Assembly (NCBI GenBank): GCA_034520965.1 | Contig: JAXHMY010000007.1 | Coordinates: 96,001-160,000 of the forward strand | Length of the DNA: 64,000 nucleotides | Source of the DNA: Spirochaetia bacterium | Lineage (GTDB): Bacteria; Spirochaetota; Spirochaetia; DSM-16054; Sediminispirochaetaceae | Direction: 5' to 3' | Made by a program: the position numbers and the translations under genes | The notes under the pieces: model-generated | Database searches by the model: none | The model's input: the letters and a program-made list of their open reading frames with translations, nothing else | What the model was told of the DNA's origin: nothing | Shown here: positions 29,201-39,212 of the stretch, in pieces | Position numbering within the stretch: position 1 is the first letter of the stretch | Layout: each line of letters begins with the position of its first letter

Positions 29201-29908
29201 CTAAAAAGGAAGCAGGGGGCTGCCGCCCCAGGTTCCGACGCTTTTGAAGGGGCGGAAGCGGGCGAATAGCTCATCATTATACCAGTTGAATTTGTGGGTT
29301 TTTTTGATTGCCTCCAGGTGGTCGGGGTTGTGGTAGGCGAAGGCCTTTATTGACTCCGCATCCCGCCAGATACTGAAGGTGGCCATCTGCTTAACCGGCC
29401 ACTCACCGATACCCTTTGCACATATGAGCCCGGAGAACCTGTCCAGGGAACCACTGGTGCGGGGCACCTGTCGCCAAAATCGTACCAGCTGTTTGTTTGC
29501 AATGGTAGCCCGGGTGATAACGGCGGTAATATCGCCCTCGGCCTGTCCGTCGGGTTTGAAGGGATTGACCCCTCCCCACTCTCCGTGGGAACGCAGGGGA
29601 GTCATAAACACCGTCACCGTTTCAAGGCAGTGAGCCCGGTATTCGTGATGAAGCTTTGAATTGTGCAGAAACTCGTCGGCCTGGGCTTCGGTTTCCCACA
29701 CGGTAAGCAGGGCATAAGTAGAAAAATCGGCGTACCAACTAAAGCCGTTGCCGCCCCCGGTACCGAGCAGCCGGTAAAACCGCAGCCCCTCTGCATTTTT
29801 AAGGTGGCCGTGGGCGAACTGCATCATGGTAAATGCCCAGAACTTGTTGCGCAGCCCAGAGTATTTGAACAAACTAAGTGTAACTACCGGAGGAGCTTCG
29901 TTTTCCAT
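29201..29908 (-). CDS. Spheroidene monooxygenase (CrtA)-like / DUF3291 protein
   Basis: GLRFYRLLGTGGGNGF, SHGEWGG, KGIGEWP..QMATFSIW, ELFARF. Confidence 0.7.
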   Translation of the reverse strand: MENEAPPVVTLSLFKYSGLRNKFWAFTMMQFAHGHLKNAEGLRFYRLLGTGGGNGFSWYADFSTYALLTVWETEAQADEFLHNSKLHHEYRAHCLETVTVFMTPLRSHGEWGGVNPFKPDGQAEGDITAVITRATIANKQLVRFWRQVPRTSGSLDRFSGLICAKGIGEWPVKQMATFSIWRDAESIKAFAYHNPDHLEAIKKTHKFNWYNDELFARFRPFKSVGTWGGSPLLPF

Positions 29909-30010
29909 AGACTTAAGTCTAAGTGCTGCGGGCAGAGACCGCAAGGGGGGGGAGCAGCGCGAGCCGGCCGGGCTGAGGGGCTCGCTGCGGGAAGAGGATT
30001 TAAATAAATA

Positions 30011-31096
30011 TTACAGCAACAAATATCCGAAGCGCTCCAGGAGTAGGTAGTTTTTGATGGTAAGGTTGGCCGCCCAGTTGCGGCGGCTCTGTTGCCGGGG
30101 AGGGGAACTCCTTCCGGGCGGCGAAGAGCAAGACCGCCCGGGAAGCCATGGCTTCTACCTCGACGGGGGTAAAGCGGCTTAACAGTTGGCGGTAGCGCAG
30201 GAGAATGAGCCGATAATACTTGGCATGAGGGATCGCCGCCAGTGGTCGGTTGATGCAGCTGGGTCACTCCTTTCGCTGTCGTTCCAGTGCCATTAGGGTG
30301 CATGGGGATGGTCGTTGATCGCCGGCCCGACGGCGTACCAGCCATCGCGCTCGTCAACATAGCTTTGCTCCAGGTAATGTACTGCCTTGGTTATCATTGG
30401 ATTACATGCAGAAGGGGCCTCAGAGTCTACGGTTTCAAAGCCCACAGCCTCGCCGAGCGCGCGCCCCTCAAGTTCTTCTATAATCTGGAAAGCTATTGTT
30501 GTGGCCATGGGCGAGGAGTCGGGCAGGAGGAAGTCCGGCTCGAGGCCGCGGCCGAAACCGCCGTCGGGGTTTTGATATGCCTTCAGGGCATCCTTTACGG
30601 AATCTATTACCTCGGTAGGGTTGCCGCCGCCGAAGTGAAGGTCGAAGCGGGCCAGGTTGATCGGGGCGCATTCGGCTGCAATATATCTGCGGGTACCTCC
30701 AGATCGGTGCGGCCGGGCCGTTTGAGGGCGGGGCTGAGGTGAGGCTTGTCGGCAAGCCCGCTGCCGGCCCCGCGGTTGGATCCACGACCTGGGCTTTGGT
30801 CGGATTTTTGGCTGGAACCTTGACCAGGGCTTGTATCGAAATTGTGGTCGAGGCGGAGGGTAATCCAATGGCGTTTGTTCAGGTGATAGCCTGCGGTGAT
30901 TGACGGGTAGGCCTGGCGCAGCACCATGGCGCTCGTCGGGCTCGGCATCGAGGAGATATCAGGAAGAGTCGTGAAAATTGGTCAGAGCGAAAATCTTGCC
31001 TTGCAGCTTATAGACCAGGGTTTGTTCATCGAAAGGAAAGCCGGCTGCGGTTCCGGGCAGGAGCTCGCAGTAGTTTTGAAAGTCTCTCAGCTCCAT
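30011..31096 (-). pseudogene. Frameshifted MmcQ/YjbR domain followed by a prenyltransferase-repeat-like domain
   Basis: MELRDFQNYCELLPGTAAGFPFDEQTLVYKLQGKIFAL...AGYHLNKRHWIT, then YQNPDGGFGRGLEPD in other frames; several indels. Confidence 0.65.
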
Positions 31097-31239
31097 GCAC
31101 CCATTTTACCGGTTTAGGTGGTGTCTGTCGTCTATAACGAGTCCAAATTTTCATAACTAATAGAGGCTGCCTACCGGGCGACCCGACGCGTATTCGAGCC
31201 GGCCGGGCTGAAGGAGCGGCTGCGGAAAAAGCTTTTTTT

Positions 31240-31767
31240 TTATACCAGTACGTCAATAACTTTGACGGTATCGGTTATGGGGATAGTCTGGTGTTCGTAG
31301 CGGGCGTTGAAATAGAGCCCGTCTCCGGTTTTCAGATTATATTCAGTAGCACCGATTTTTAGTATCATCTCACCTTCGAGCACATAGATAAACTCTTCGC
31401 TCTCGTGGGCGGTGGTATGAACTGTCCTGTGCGTTCTTTCATGTGAAACACGGAACGGCTGCATTTCTTCAATCGCGCCGTACTCGGAGGCGTACGGGAA
31501 CATTGAGTACCCCTGGGCGGTTTTTATCAGGCCTCCCTCGGCTTCGGTAACGGGGTTATGGACCACCTCCCGGTGGATCTCTTCACCAAGCAAAAACCCT
31601 ACTTTGGTATTAAGGGATCTGGCGATTTTATCCAGAGCCCCTAAAGAGGGAATGACCTTTCCGTTTTCGATTTTTGAGAGGTGGCTTTTGGTGTAGCCGC
31701 AATTATCAGCAACTTCCTGCTGCGACCTTCTCTGTTCAAGCCTGATCTTTTTTACGCCGAGTGCCAA
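31240..31767 (-). CDS. XRE-family HTH + cupin transcriptional regulator
   Basis: SQQEVADNCGYTKSHLSKIENGK; HESEEFIYVLEG; true start may lie slightly upstream (frameshift). Confidence 0.88.
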   Translation of the reverse strand: MALGVKKIRLEQRRSQQEVADNCGYTKSHLSKIENGKVIPSLGALDKIARSLNTKVGFLLGEEIHREVVHNPVTEAEGGLIKTAQGYSMFPYASEYGAIEEMQPFRVSHERTHRTVHTTAHESEEFIYVLEGEMILKIGATEYNLKTGDGLYFNARYEHQTIPITDTVKVIDVLV

Positions 31768-31913
31768 TATCTTCGTTGTTCATTTTTTCTTTACAAGATT
31801 ATATCCGTATTCGATTTCATTTGCAAGCGTTAAGTTAACATGTTATGTTATCGTTCGACAAACAGAAATCAACGAAAAATCAGACTAAGTTTCATAATAC
31901 CAGGAGGTAATCT

Positions 31914-33427
31914 ATGATCGATCTCTACCGTGCACGAAGATGTGAAAAAGAAAAATGTTCAAGCAAGCGCCGGGCACAAAATATTATTTACCCGACCTTT
32001 GCACAGATGAAAGATCCTTCCCTCATCCCAGACAGCATTCAGCGAAAAGCTTCCGCAACGTGGGACTGTGGGACATCGAATTCACTCGAACCTTTTCCGC
32101 GAAATTACCTGGAAAAACGGACCGACCCACCATGGCGGCACCTATAAAGGCGTAAACTGACATTGAACTGCCCCGTGTGATCACCGGCAAGGAGGGCCCG
32201 CATTCTGGCCCTGGTTGGAAAGTGGTTTCCCACCGGCGCTCATAAAGTAGGAGCCACTGCAGGGCGTCTGGCCCCCGGCCCTGACCACCTGGCAAACTTC
32301 GACTCCAGCCGTCAGAGAAGCCGTTTGGCCGTCTACCGGTCACTACTGCGCGGCGGTGCGTACACCATTCAGTACCTGCCGGCCTGTGATCCAAATCGCC
32401 ATTCTGCCCGCAAGAGATGAGTGAAGAGCGGTTCAACTGGCTCAAGAAGGTCGCCGGCGAGGTTATCGCCACCCCCGGTTGCGAGAGCAACGTAAAAGAG
32501 ATCTTTGACAAGTGTAACGAACGGAACGCCGAGCGCAGGCGACGATATTGTAATCTTCAACCAGTTTGACCAGTTCGGAAATTACCTGTGGCACTACGAG
32601 GGTAACCCGCCGAGGCGATTGAAGAGATGAGATCAAAAAAGAGGTTCCCAACGCCGAGAACTTCAAGGGTTACCTGACCACCACCGGATCCGGCAGTACA
32701 CCTGGCAGCCGGAGAGTACCTGAAAACAGAAGTACCCCCACCTGAAGCTGGCCGCCGGAGAGGCGCTGCAGTGCCCCACTCTGCTGGACAACGGCTTCGG
32801 AGGACACCGCATCGAGGGAATCGGGGACAAGCACGTGCCCTGGATCCACAATGTGCGGAACACCGATATGGTGATTGCGGTTGACGATAACGATGCGATG
32901 AATGTCAGATGCGCCTGTTCAAGATGAGCCCGCCGGTCAGGAGTACCTGAAGCAGCAGGGCGTCTCCCAGGAGTTTCTCGACAACGCAGACCTGCTGGGC
33001 ATCTCGGGTATTCCGCAAATGTAATTGGCGCGATTAAAACGGCCAAGTACTACGAGATGGATGAGGATGATGTGATTGTGACCGTGCTGACCGACTGGGC
33101 GATGGAGCATGTACGGAATCACGGGTGACCCGAAATGAAAAGGAACCACGGCGAGTTTACCGCCACCGACGCGGCCAAGGTGCACTTCCAGGCCCTCGAG
33201 AAGCAGGGGCACCGATAACCTGCTTGAGCTGCGCTACCGAGGACCGGCAGCGGGATGCAGCGCGGCCTGAAATACTACACCTGGATCGAACGAGCAGGGT
33301 GAAGAGCTCGAAGAGCTGAACGCCCAGTGGTACGACAAGGAGTACTGGACGAACATCCAGAAAGAGACCGGAGAGATTGATAAATTGAATCGAGCAGTTT
33401 AACCGTGAAGTCGGTCTGCTGGATTAA
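31914..33427 (+). pseudogene. PLP-dependent enzyme, cysteine synthase/Trp synthase beta fold (many frameshifts)
   Basis: AGGAGG RBS; fragments GKWFPTGAHKVGA, MSEERFNWLKKVAGEVIATPGCESNVKEIFDK, ALQCPTLLDNGFGGHRIEGIGDKHVPWIHN scattered across frames. Confidence 0.75.
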
Positions 33428-33457
33428 ATCCAGCTTGTTAAGACAAGAGGGCAAGGG

Positions 33458-34631
33458 CTACTTCCCGATAGATGTCTTTGCCTTCACGATATCATCGATG
33501 TAGATATGCTCATCGACCACGTGGGCCATATTTGATGGGGCCGGTCCAATGCCGATAGTCGGGAATACCCGTCTGCCCGGCGCTTTCGCTGCCGTCGGTG
33601 CAGAAGGGGTAGTAGTGGGGACCTGGGTTTCATAACCCAAATTACTGCAGGCTCGAAGCGCTACTTGTACCTGTGGCGCGGTTTCGGGATAATGCAGCCC
33701 GGAAAAAAGCGCTTTCTCCGGCAGGTTGCGCCGGTGTAGGTGCGTTCGGTGGCATGTTTTATGGCAGCACTTGCCTTAAATTGGGGGTTGCGGGACTCGA
33801 ACTGGCTAATCACTTCGGTAATAGGGGTGAGTACATCCTCTTCAGTTTCATTGCTGACTAACCGTCGGTCATAGGTGGCGCGACGATGGGTTTAGGAACT
33901 AACCGAAGATCCGGGATAAGGAGAGGAGATAATGTCGGTCAGCTCCAATATACCCCTGCCGAGGAACTCACACTGCTGCATTTCAATCTTATCTATCTTC
34001 GGTAAGAGAGAAATCATGTGGCTGGCCGCATTGATACCTCGATCGGGAGTAGCCGAATGGGCGTTCTCTCCGTCAGTTTCGATTACAATTTACGAGCCCG
34101 TCCCTTCTGGCCTATGCACAATTTGAAATCGCTGGGTTCTCCCAACACCACACAATCCACGGAAAGATGATCTAAAACCTTTCCTAGTCGCGAGTCCCCT
34201 TCAAGGGTTTCCTCATAATTACCGCAGCGCAACGTAGCACATCGCCTGCCAGAGCGGCTTTGTTCAACAGCAGTTCGGCTATTCCATAGATCATAGCTGC
34301 AAGGGCACATTTCATATCGGCGGTACCCCGGCCGTAAAGTATGTCGTCTTTAATAATTCCGGAGAAGGGAGAATCACCCCAACGCTCCGGTGAGGGAACT
34401 CCCACAGTATCCATATGTCCGTCAAATAGAATGCTTCTTGGGTTTCGGCCCGTTCCCGAGGTCCCTTGAATACGGCCGACAACGTTCCCATATGCATCCA
34501 CCCACACTTGGTCGTACCCGAGGTTCTCCATCTCCGCTTTCACCAGTAGCGGCCATCTGCTCTTCTTTTCCCGACAGGCTTTCGGTTTGAATAATCCTTT
34601 GGCAAAAATCTATGAGCTGTTCAGAGTGCAT
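33458..34631 (-). pseudogene. M20/ArgE-family hydrolase, YgeY-like (many frameshifts)
   Basis: ILFDGHMDTV, YGRGTADMKCALAAM, VVLGEPS, IGIGP...AHVVDEHI fragments. Confidence 0.8.
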
Positions 34632-34656
34632 AGTATGTCTCCCGTTTGTTGTCAGT

Positions 34657-35953
34657 CTAAATCCAGAGCTTTCTGCTTGTGCTGAGGGTTCGACAGCCTT
34701 CTTTTGTTATGAGCACGTTTTGTTCATAAGTGACGGTTCCCACACCTGGACTGTAAAGGGCCTTTTCCACGGCCATGTACATGCCCTCTTGCAGCACCGC
34801 CTTTTCATTTTCTACTATCCAGGGCTGCTCCCAGGTAAGGCCTAATCCATGGCCCCAGTGCGGGGGAAAGGCAGCATAAATAGTGCCGGTTTCATCCTGC
34901 ACCGAATCGAGTGATATGTCATGGGCTTCCAGATACTCATTTCCCCGATGAAATAATTCATTTACTTTTATCCCGGGGCGGATAATAGAAATAATATCCT
35001 CGCAGGCCGAGGTAACTGTCTCTATCATCTTTCGTTGAAGGGGGGAAGGACCGGCCTCTGCTTGTGCTTGGACTCCAGCTGTGGCTTTTGTTTTGGCCTC
35101 GGGCTCAACTGTTGACCCCGCTGCAGCCCTTGGGGCCGTAGCGCCGACCACGGTGGTGCGGCCAAAATCGGAGATGTACCCTTCGTAGCTGATAATTAAA
35201 TCAACCTTAAATAGTTCTCCCGCTTCAAGCTTCCTGATAGAATCGTAGCCCGGAAAATCTATGCTGTGTACCGCATCGCTGTAAGGGCCGGAGCTGGTAA
35301 CCACAAAGTAAAGCGCGGCACCCTGTTCGATGCAATAGGCGATGGCCGGAGCAATTACCTCACTTTCAGTTTTGCCGGGCTGTACTCCGTTCATAATCAT
35401 CTCTAAGGCTGCACTGCCTATCCACGACGCCGACTCTATCGACTCAATCTCACGTGGAGATTTTATAGAACGCATTTCTTCGAATAGATGCTCACAGGGA
35501 ATCAGCTCTAAACGGGGAAGTCCTTCTTGCATGCGCCGGTACATACTCACCGGAAGCACATCCTCGCCAATAATTCCGATACGTCCGGCGTCCATCTCCT
35601 TCTCTTGGGCCGTACGTGCAAATAGCTCGTAGAAGTCATCCCCGTATCGCACATCTTTGAGCGAGATAAGGTCTTGCCGAAACTCTAGGGTGCTTGCCAG
35701 TAAAACCGGCTCGCCGGAGGAGGGAATGAGGAGAAGTGAGTGGGATCGGCCGCTCCAGAGGGGCAAATTGTCAGGTAGATAACAGCGCTGTTGGTAATGA
35801 TTGGCAAAATAAGCCCCGCCGGCATAGCGGTCAAAGGTTCCTCCGCCTCTGGAGCATATCAGAATGCCTTCAAACCCAAGCTTGTGTGCAGAACTTTGCA
35901 GCTGTTTGTCTTCTGCGGAGGAACTCACTATGTGGAACATTCGTCATAAACAT
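34657..35953 (-). CDS. M24 (Xaa-Pro peptidase/creatinase-fold) hydrolase; frameshift near 35890
   Basis: RSIKSPREIE, DLIISYEGYISDFGRT, HWGHGLG, VEKALY, YEQN; N-terminus MFMTNVPHSEFLRRR in another frame. Confidence 0.85.
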
Positions 35954-35977
35954 AAAACCCTGCCCTCTCTAATAAGC

Positions 35978-36007
35978 CCCGGAGCTCCTGTATTCAGGAA
36001 CTCCGGG
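35978..36007 (-). other. Intercistronic stem-loop after dctP
   Basis: CCCGGAGTTCCTG-AATA-CAGGAGCTCCGGG on the minus strand, no U tail. Confidence 0.55.
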
Positions 36008-36027
36008 ATAAGTGTGTATACTAATGA

Positions 36028-37056
36028 TTATCTGTATTCCTGCAGTTCCTCAACCAGAAGTTCCATTATTTCTTTGCCCTTTGGACCAACACTGTTGATA
36101 TAATACTCGCGAACCGGTAGGGCTGCTTCTCTGAAGTCGGCCACCTGAGCATCGGTAAGCTCTACTATCTCGATGTCGTCTTTAATTTTATCTTCAGCCC
36201 GCTTATTGTTTGCCAGTTGCAGGTCGTAAGCAACTGAATGCATCTCTTGGGATACCTCTTTAATTGCGGTTTGAATATCTCTGGGAAGAGCTTGGTAGAT
36301 GTCGTTGTTGAGAATAGTGGAGAGCATATATGGGAAATGGTTTGATTTGATGATATAATCCTGTACCTCGTAGAATTTCATCTCTTCAATAGGACCTATC
36401 GGGTTTTCATGGCCGTCGGCCATATTTAGTTGCAGTGCACTGTACACTTCGGTGTAGGGAATGGGAGTGGGGTTTGCACCGTAGGCTTTATAATTCTCTA
36501 ATATCAGCGGAGCCTGCATGGTTCTTATTTTCTGTCCCTCAAAATCTGCCGGAGAGAGAATTTTTTTGTTGGCCGTCCACTGCATCATACCCTGGGACCA
36601 CCAATCAATTACGTACATGTTTTTATCCAGGTACAACTCATTAAGGTTCTTATTAAGGGCGACACTGTTCTCCATAAATTCGAAACTTTTCTCTATATTC
36701 GCGGGAAGCAGAAAATGAAGCAGAAACAACTGTGCCTCGGGAACCAGAGTTCCCGTATTACCGGGGTTCATGACCACCATATCGATGCCACCAGTAAGTA
36801 GTTGCTCTACAAGCTCTACCCCAACTCCAAGCTGTCCGACTGGGTATACCTCGACTTTGACTCGTCCTCCGGTGCGTTCTTCAAGACGCCGGCCGAACTC
36901 TTTGCAGTAATTGTCCGGTACTGTATCGGCAATATCCTCATGGGCCATCCTAAACACAATCGGCTCATCGGAGTTCTCCTCCGCTTGTCCACCGGCCATT
37001 AGGGGGATAGTACTCACCAACACGAGAAGAGTAAAGAGAAACAATTTTTTTAACAT
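36028..37056 (-). CDS. dctP: TRAP transporter substrate-binding protein (TeaA/UehA-like)
   Basis: DFEGQKIRTM, GANPTPIPYTEVYSALQ, DGHENP, KFYEVQ. Confidence 0.92.
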   Translation of the reverse strand: MLKKLFLFTLLVLVSTIPLMAGGQAEENSDEPIVFRMAHEDIADTVPDNYCKEFGRRLEERTGGRVKVEVYPVGQLGVGVELVEQLLTGGIDMVVMNPGNTGTLVPEAQLFLLHFLLPANIEKSFEFMENSVALNKNLNELYLDKNMYVIDWWSQGMMQWTANKKILSPADFEGQKIRTMQAPLILENYKAYGANPTPIPYTEVYSALQLNMADGHENPIGPIEEMKFYEVQDYIIKSNHFPYMLSTILNNDIYQALPRDIQTAIKEVSQEMHSVAYDLQLANNKRAEDKIKDDIEIVELTDAQVADFREAALPVREYYINSVGPKGKEIMELLVEELQEYR

Positions 37057-37129
37057 ATTGACCTCCAATTTGTAAAGCATTGCAAAATGCTTTTATAGGG
37101 TTACATAATGTACGGGCGGCGCCGATACA

Positions 37130-38396
37130 TTATCCGACAAAAAACAGGGAAACCGTGGGAAACAGGGTAATAATTATCGCCGACAGAAGCAGTAAGATAA
37201 AGAAAGGCGGTGTTCGACGAATTACATCCAGATAAGGTTTATCAAAAATTGCACAGGCCGTAAAAATATCATACCCAAAGGGCGGCGTTGCGGAGCCGAT
37301 GGCAACCTGCAAAGTAATGATAATTCCCAGATGTACCGGATCGATACCGGCGGCTATGGCGGAGGGGTAGAATATTGGAGTGAGAATGATGATAACAACA
37401 AGGGGGTCTACTAGCATACAGCCCAGGAAGAAGGCAACATTAACTGTAAGCAGTACTTTCAGGGTTGATGGATCGACACCAAGTACGGCCGAGGTAATTG
37501 TCTGGGGTATCCGTGCGTAGGAGTACCCAGGCAAAGGCGGTTCCGGTACCGACCAGCACGAATACCACTGTGGTGACAATACCAGTAGAGACGGCTATTT
37601 TAGATAAATCCGACAGCTTAACCGATTTGAAAATGAATACTTCAAGCACAATAGCGTACAGCACAGAGAACGCCGCCGCTTCTGTAGGGCTGAAGAAGCC
37701 GGAATAAATACCGCCGATGATTATCACCGGAAATCCGAAGGTGAGAAAGCTGTTTTTGGTAGCCTGCACACGCTCCCTCCAACTGGCCTTAGGAAGGAGA
37801 GGGATGTTCTTTGCCTTTGCGTAGAAGATACTGAAAAGAGAGAAAAGCACCAGGACCAAAATACCTGGTACAATTCCTGCAATAAACAGGTCTCCGATCG
37901 AAGTACCGCTGATAACCCCGTACATTATCATGCCGATGCTTGGCGGGATAAGATAGGCCAGGTCGCTAGAATTGATTATCAGGGCCATAATATCGCTGTC
38001 GTGGTAGCCTCGTGCCAGCAACTTCTCGCGCATTGGCCGGCCAATAGCTACCACCGTAGCCTGTGTTGAGCCGGATATAGAGCCAAACAGAGTACAGGTG
38101 GTGGCGGTGGTTACTGCTAAACCTCCCCACAAATGTCCTACAAAGCTTTCGACAAAATCCAGCAGCTTATGCGCAGTCCTGCCGGCGACCATAATATCGG
38201 CGGCAAACATAAACATTGGTACGGAGAGCAGTACAAAACCCTGGACACCAAGCATCATCTGCTGAACGATAACAATCGGCTGAATATTCGGGAGAAACAC
38301 CATTACCGTAACTATAGTGGCCGCCAGCATGGTTATCATCATGGGAAAACCCAGTATCAAGAGACCTACCATAATTAGTAACATTGTTGTCAGCAT
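37130..38396 (-). CDS. dctM: TRAP transporter large permease (frameshift near 37530)
   Basis: FGSISGSTQAT, LIPPSIGMIMYG, FSPTEAAA, GIDPVHLG, TPPFG across two frames. Confidence 0.92.
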
Positions 38397-38408
38397 GAAA
38401 TTATCACC

Positions 38409-39002
38409 TCAGTCTTTGGATTTTTTAGTTTCTTCGGATACCTCACCCATGTGTAATGGAAGTTCTTCAATTATACCGGTCTTGGCTTCGGATACAGTTT
38501 TTTCAGTACCAATGAAGATTTCTGTACTGCCTAGGTTCATAATAATATTCAGCAGATACTGCACTCCGCCGAGGAAAAAGCCTATTGAAAGGGGGATGGC
38601 AAAATACCACGCGGGCAGCCTTAAGGCGGGGGTTACTTTACCCAGCATGTGAATATATTGTGTGTACTTTACACTGTAGTAAGCCATATAAAAGAGGATA
38701 AGCATGGTAACCAGGGATATAAAAATAATGGTGATCTTCTGTAGTTTCGGGGGAAACACATCGAAGAAGGCGGACATTCTAATGTGCCGTGCCTTTTTGG
38801 CCGCATAGCCGATTCCAAGAAAGGTACAGATTACCAGCAGTGCCGCACCCACCTCCTCTGCAAAGGAGAGGCTGTGGCCGATCTTGCGGGCGATTACATT
38901 TGCAATCAGAATAAGGGCCATCAGGATAATGCTCATCCCGAGAATCTGCTCTTCGATTTTGGAAATTACATCGTTGATCTTTCTGATCATATTAACACCC
39001 AC
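38409..39002 (-). CDS. dctQ: TRAP transporter small permease
   Basis: Four TM helices; SFAEEV, ARHIRM. Confidence 0.9.
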   Translation of the reverse strand: MGVNMIRKINDVISKIEEQILGMSIILMALILIANVIARKIGHSLSFAEEVGAALLVICTFLGIGYAAKKARHIRMSAFFDVFPPKLQKITIIFISLVTMLILFYMAYYSVKYTQYIHMLGKVTPALRLPAWYFAIPLSIGFFLGGVQYLLNIIMNLGSTEIFIGTEKTVSEAKTGIIEELPLHMGEVSEETKKSKD

Positions 39003-39028
39003 CTACTGGATTGATTTGAATACAACCA

Positions 39029-39047
39029 AGTTGATTATATAACAACT
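39029..39047. promoter_or_regulatory. Putative operator upstream of the TRAP operon
   Basis: Near-palindrome AGTTGATTATATAACAACT about 30 bp upstream of dctQ. Confidence 0.45.
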
Positions 39048-39212
39048 ATATTAACCAGTCAAATTTTTTCTGCATTAATTTTTTTTTTGAAAAGCTTCCT
39101 GCCGGCGTTAGGCGGCCTGTCAATTGAAGGTGATGAGATAGGCGCAACTGCCCTGTTCCTGAACCTCTCCTCAAAGTAGTGGCGCTAAGAGCCGCGGTAA
39201 AGTAATGCAGTC

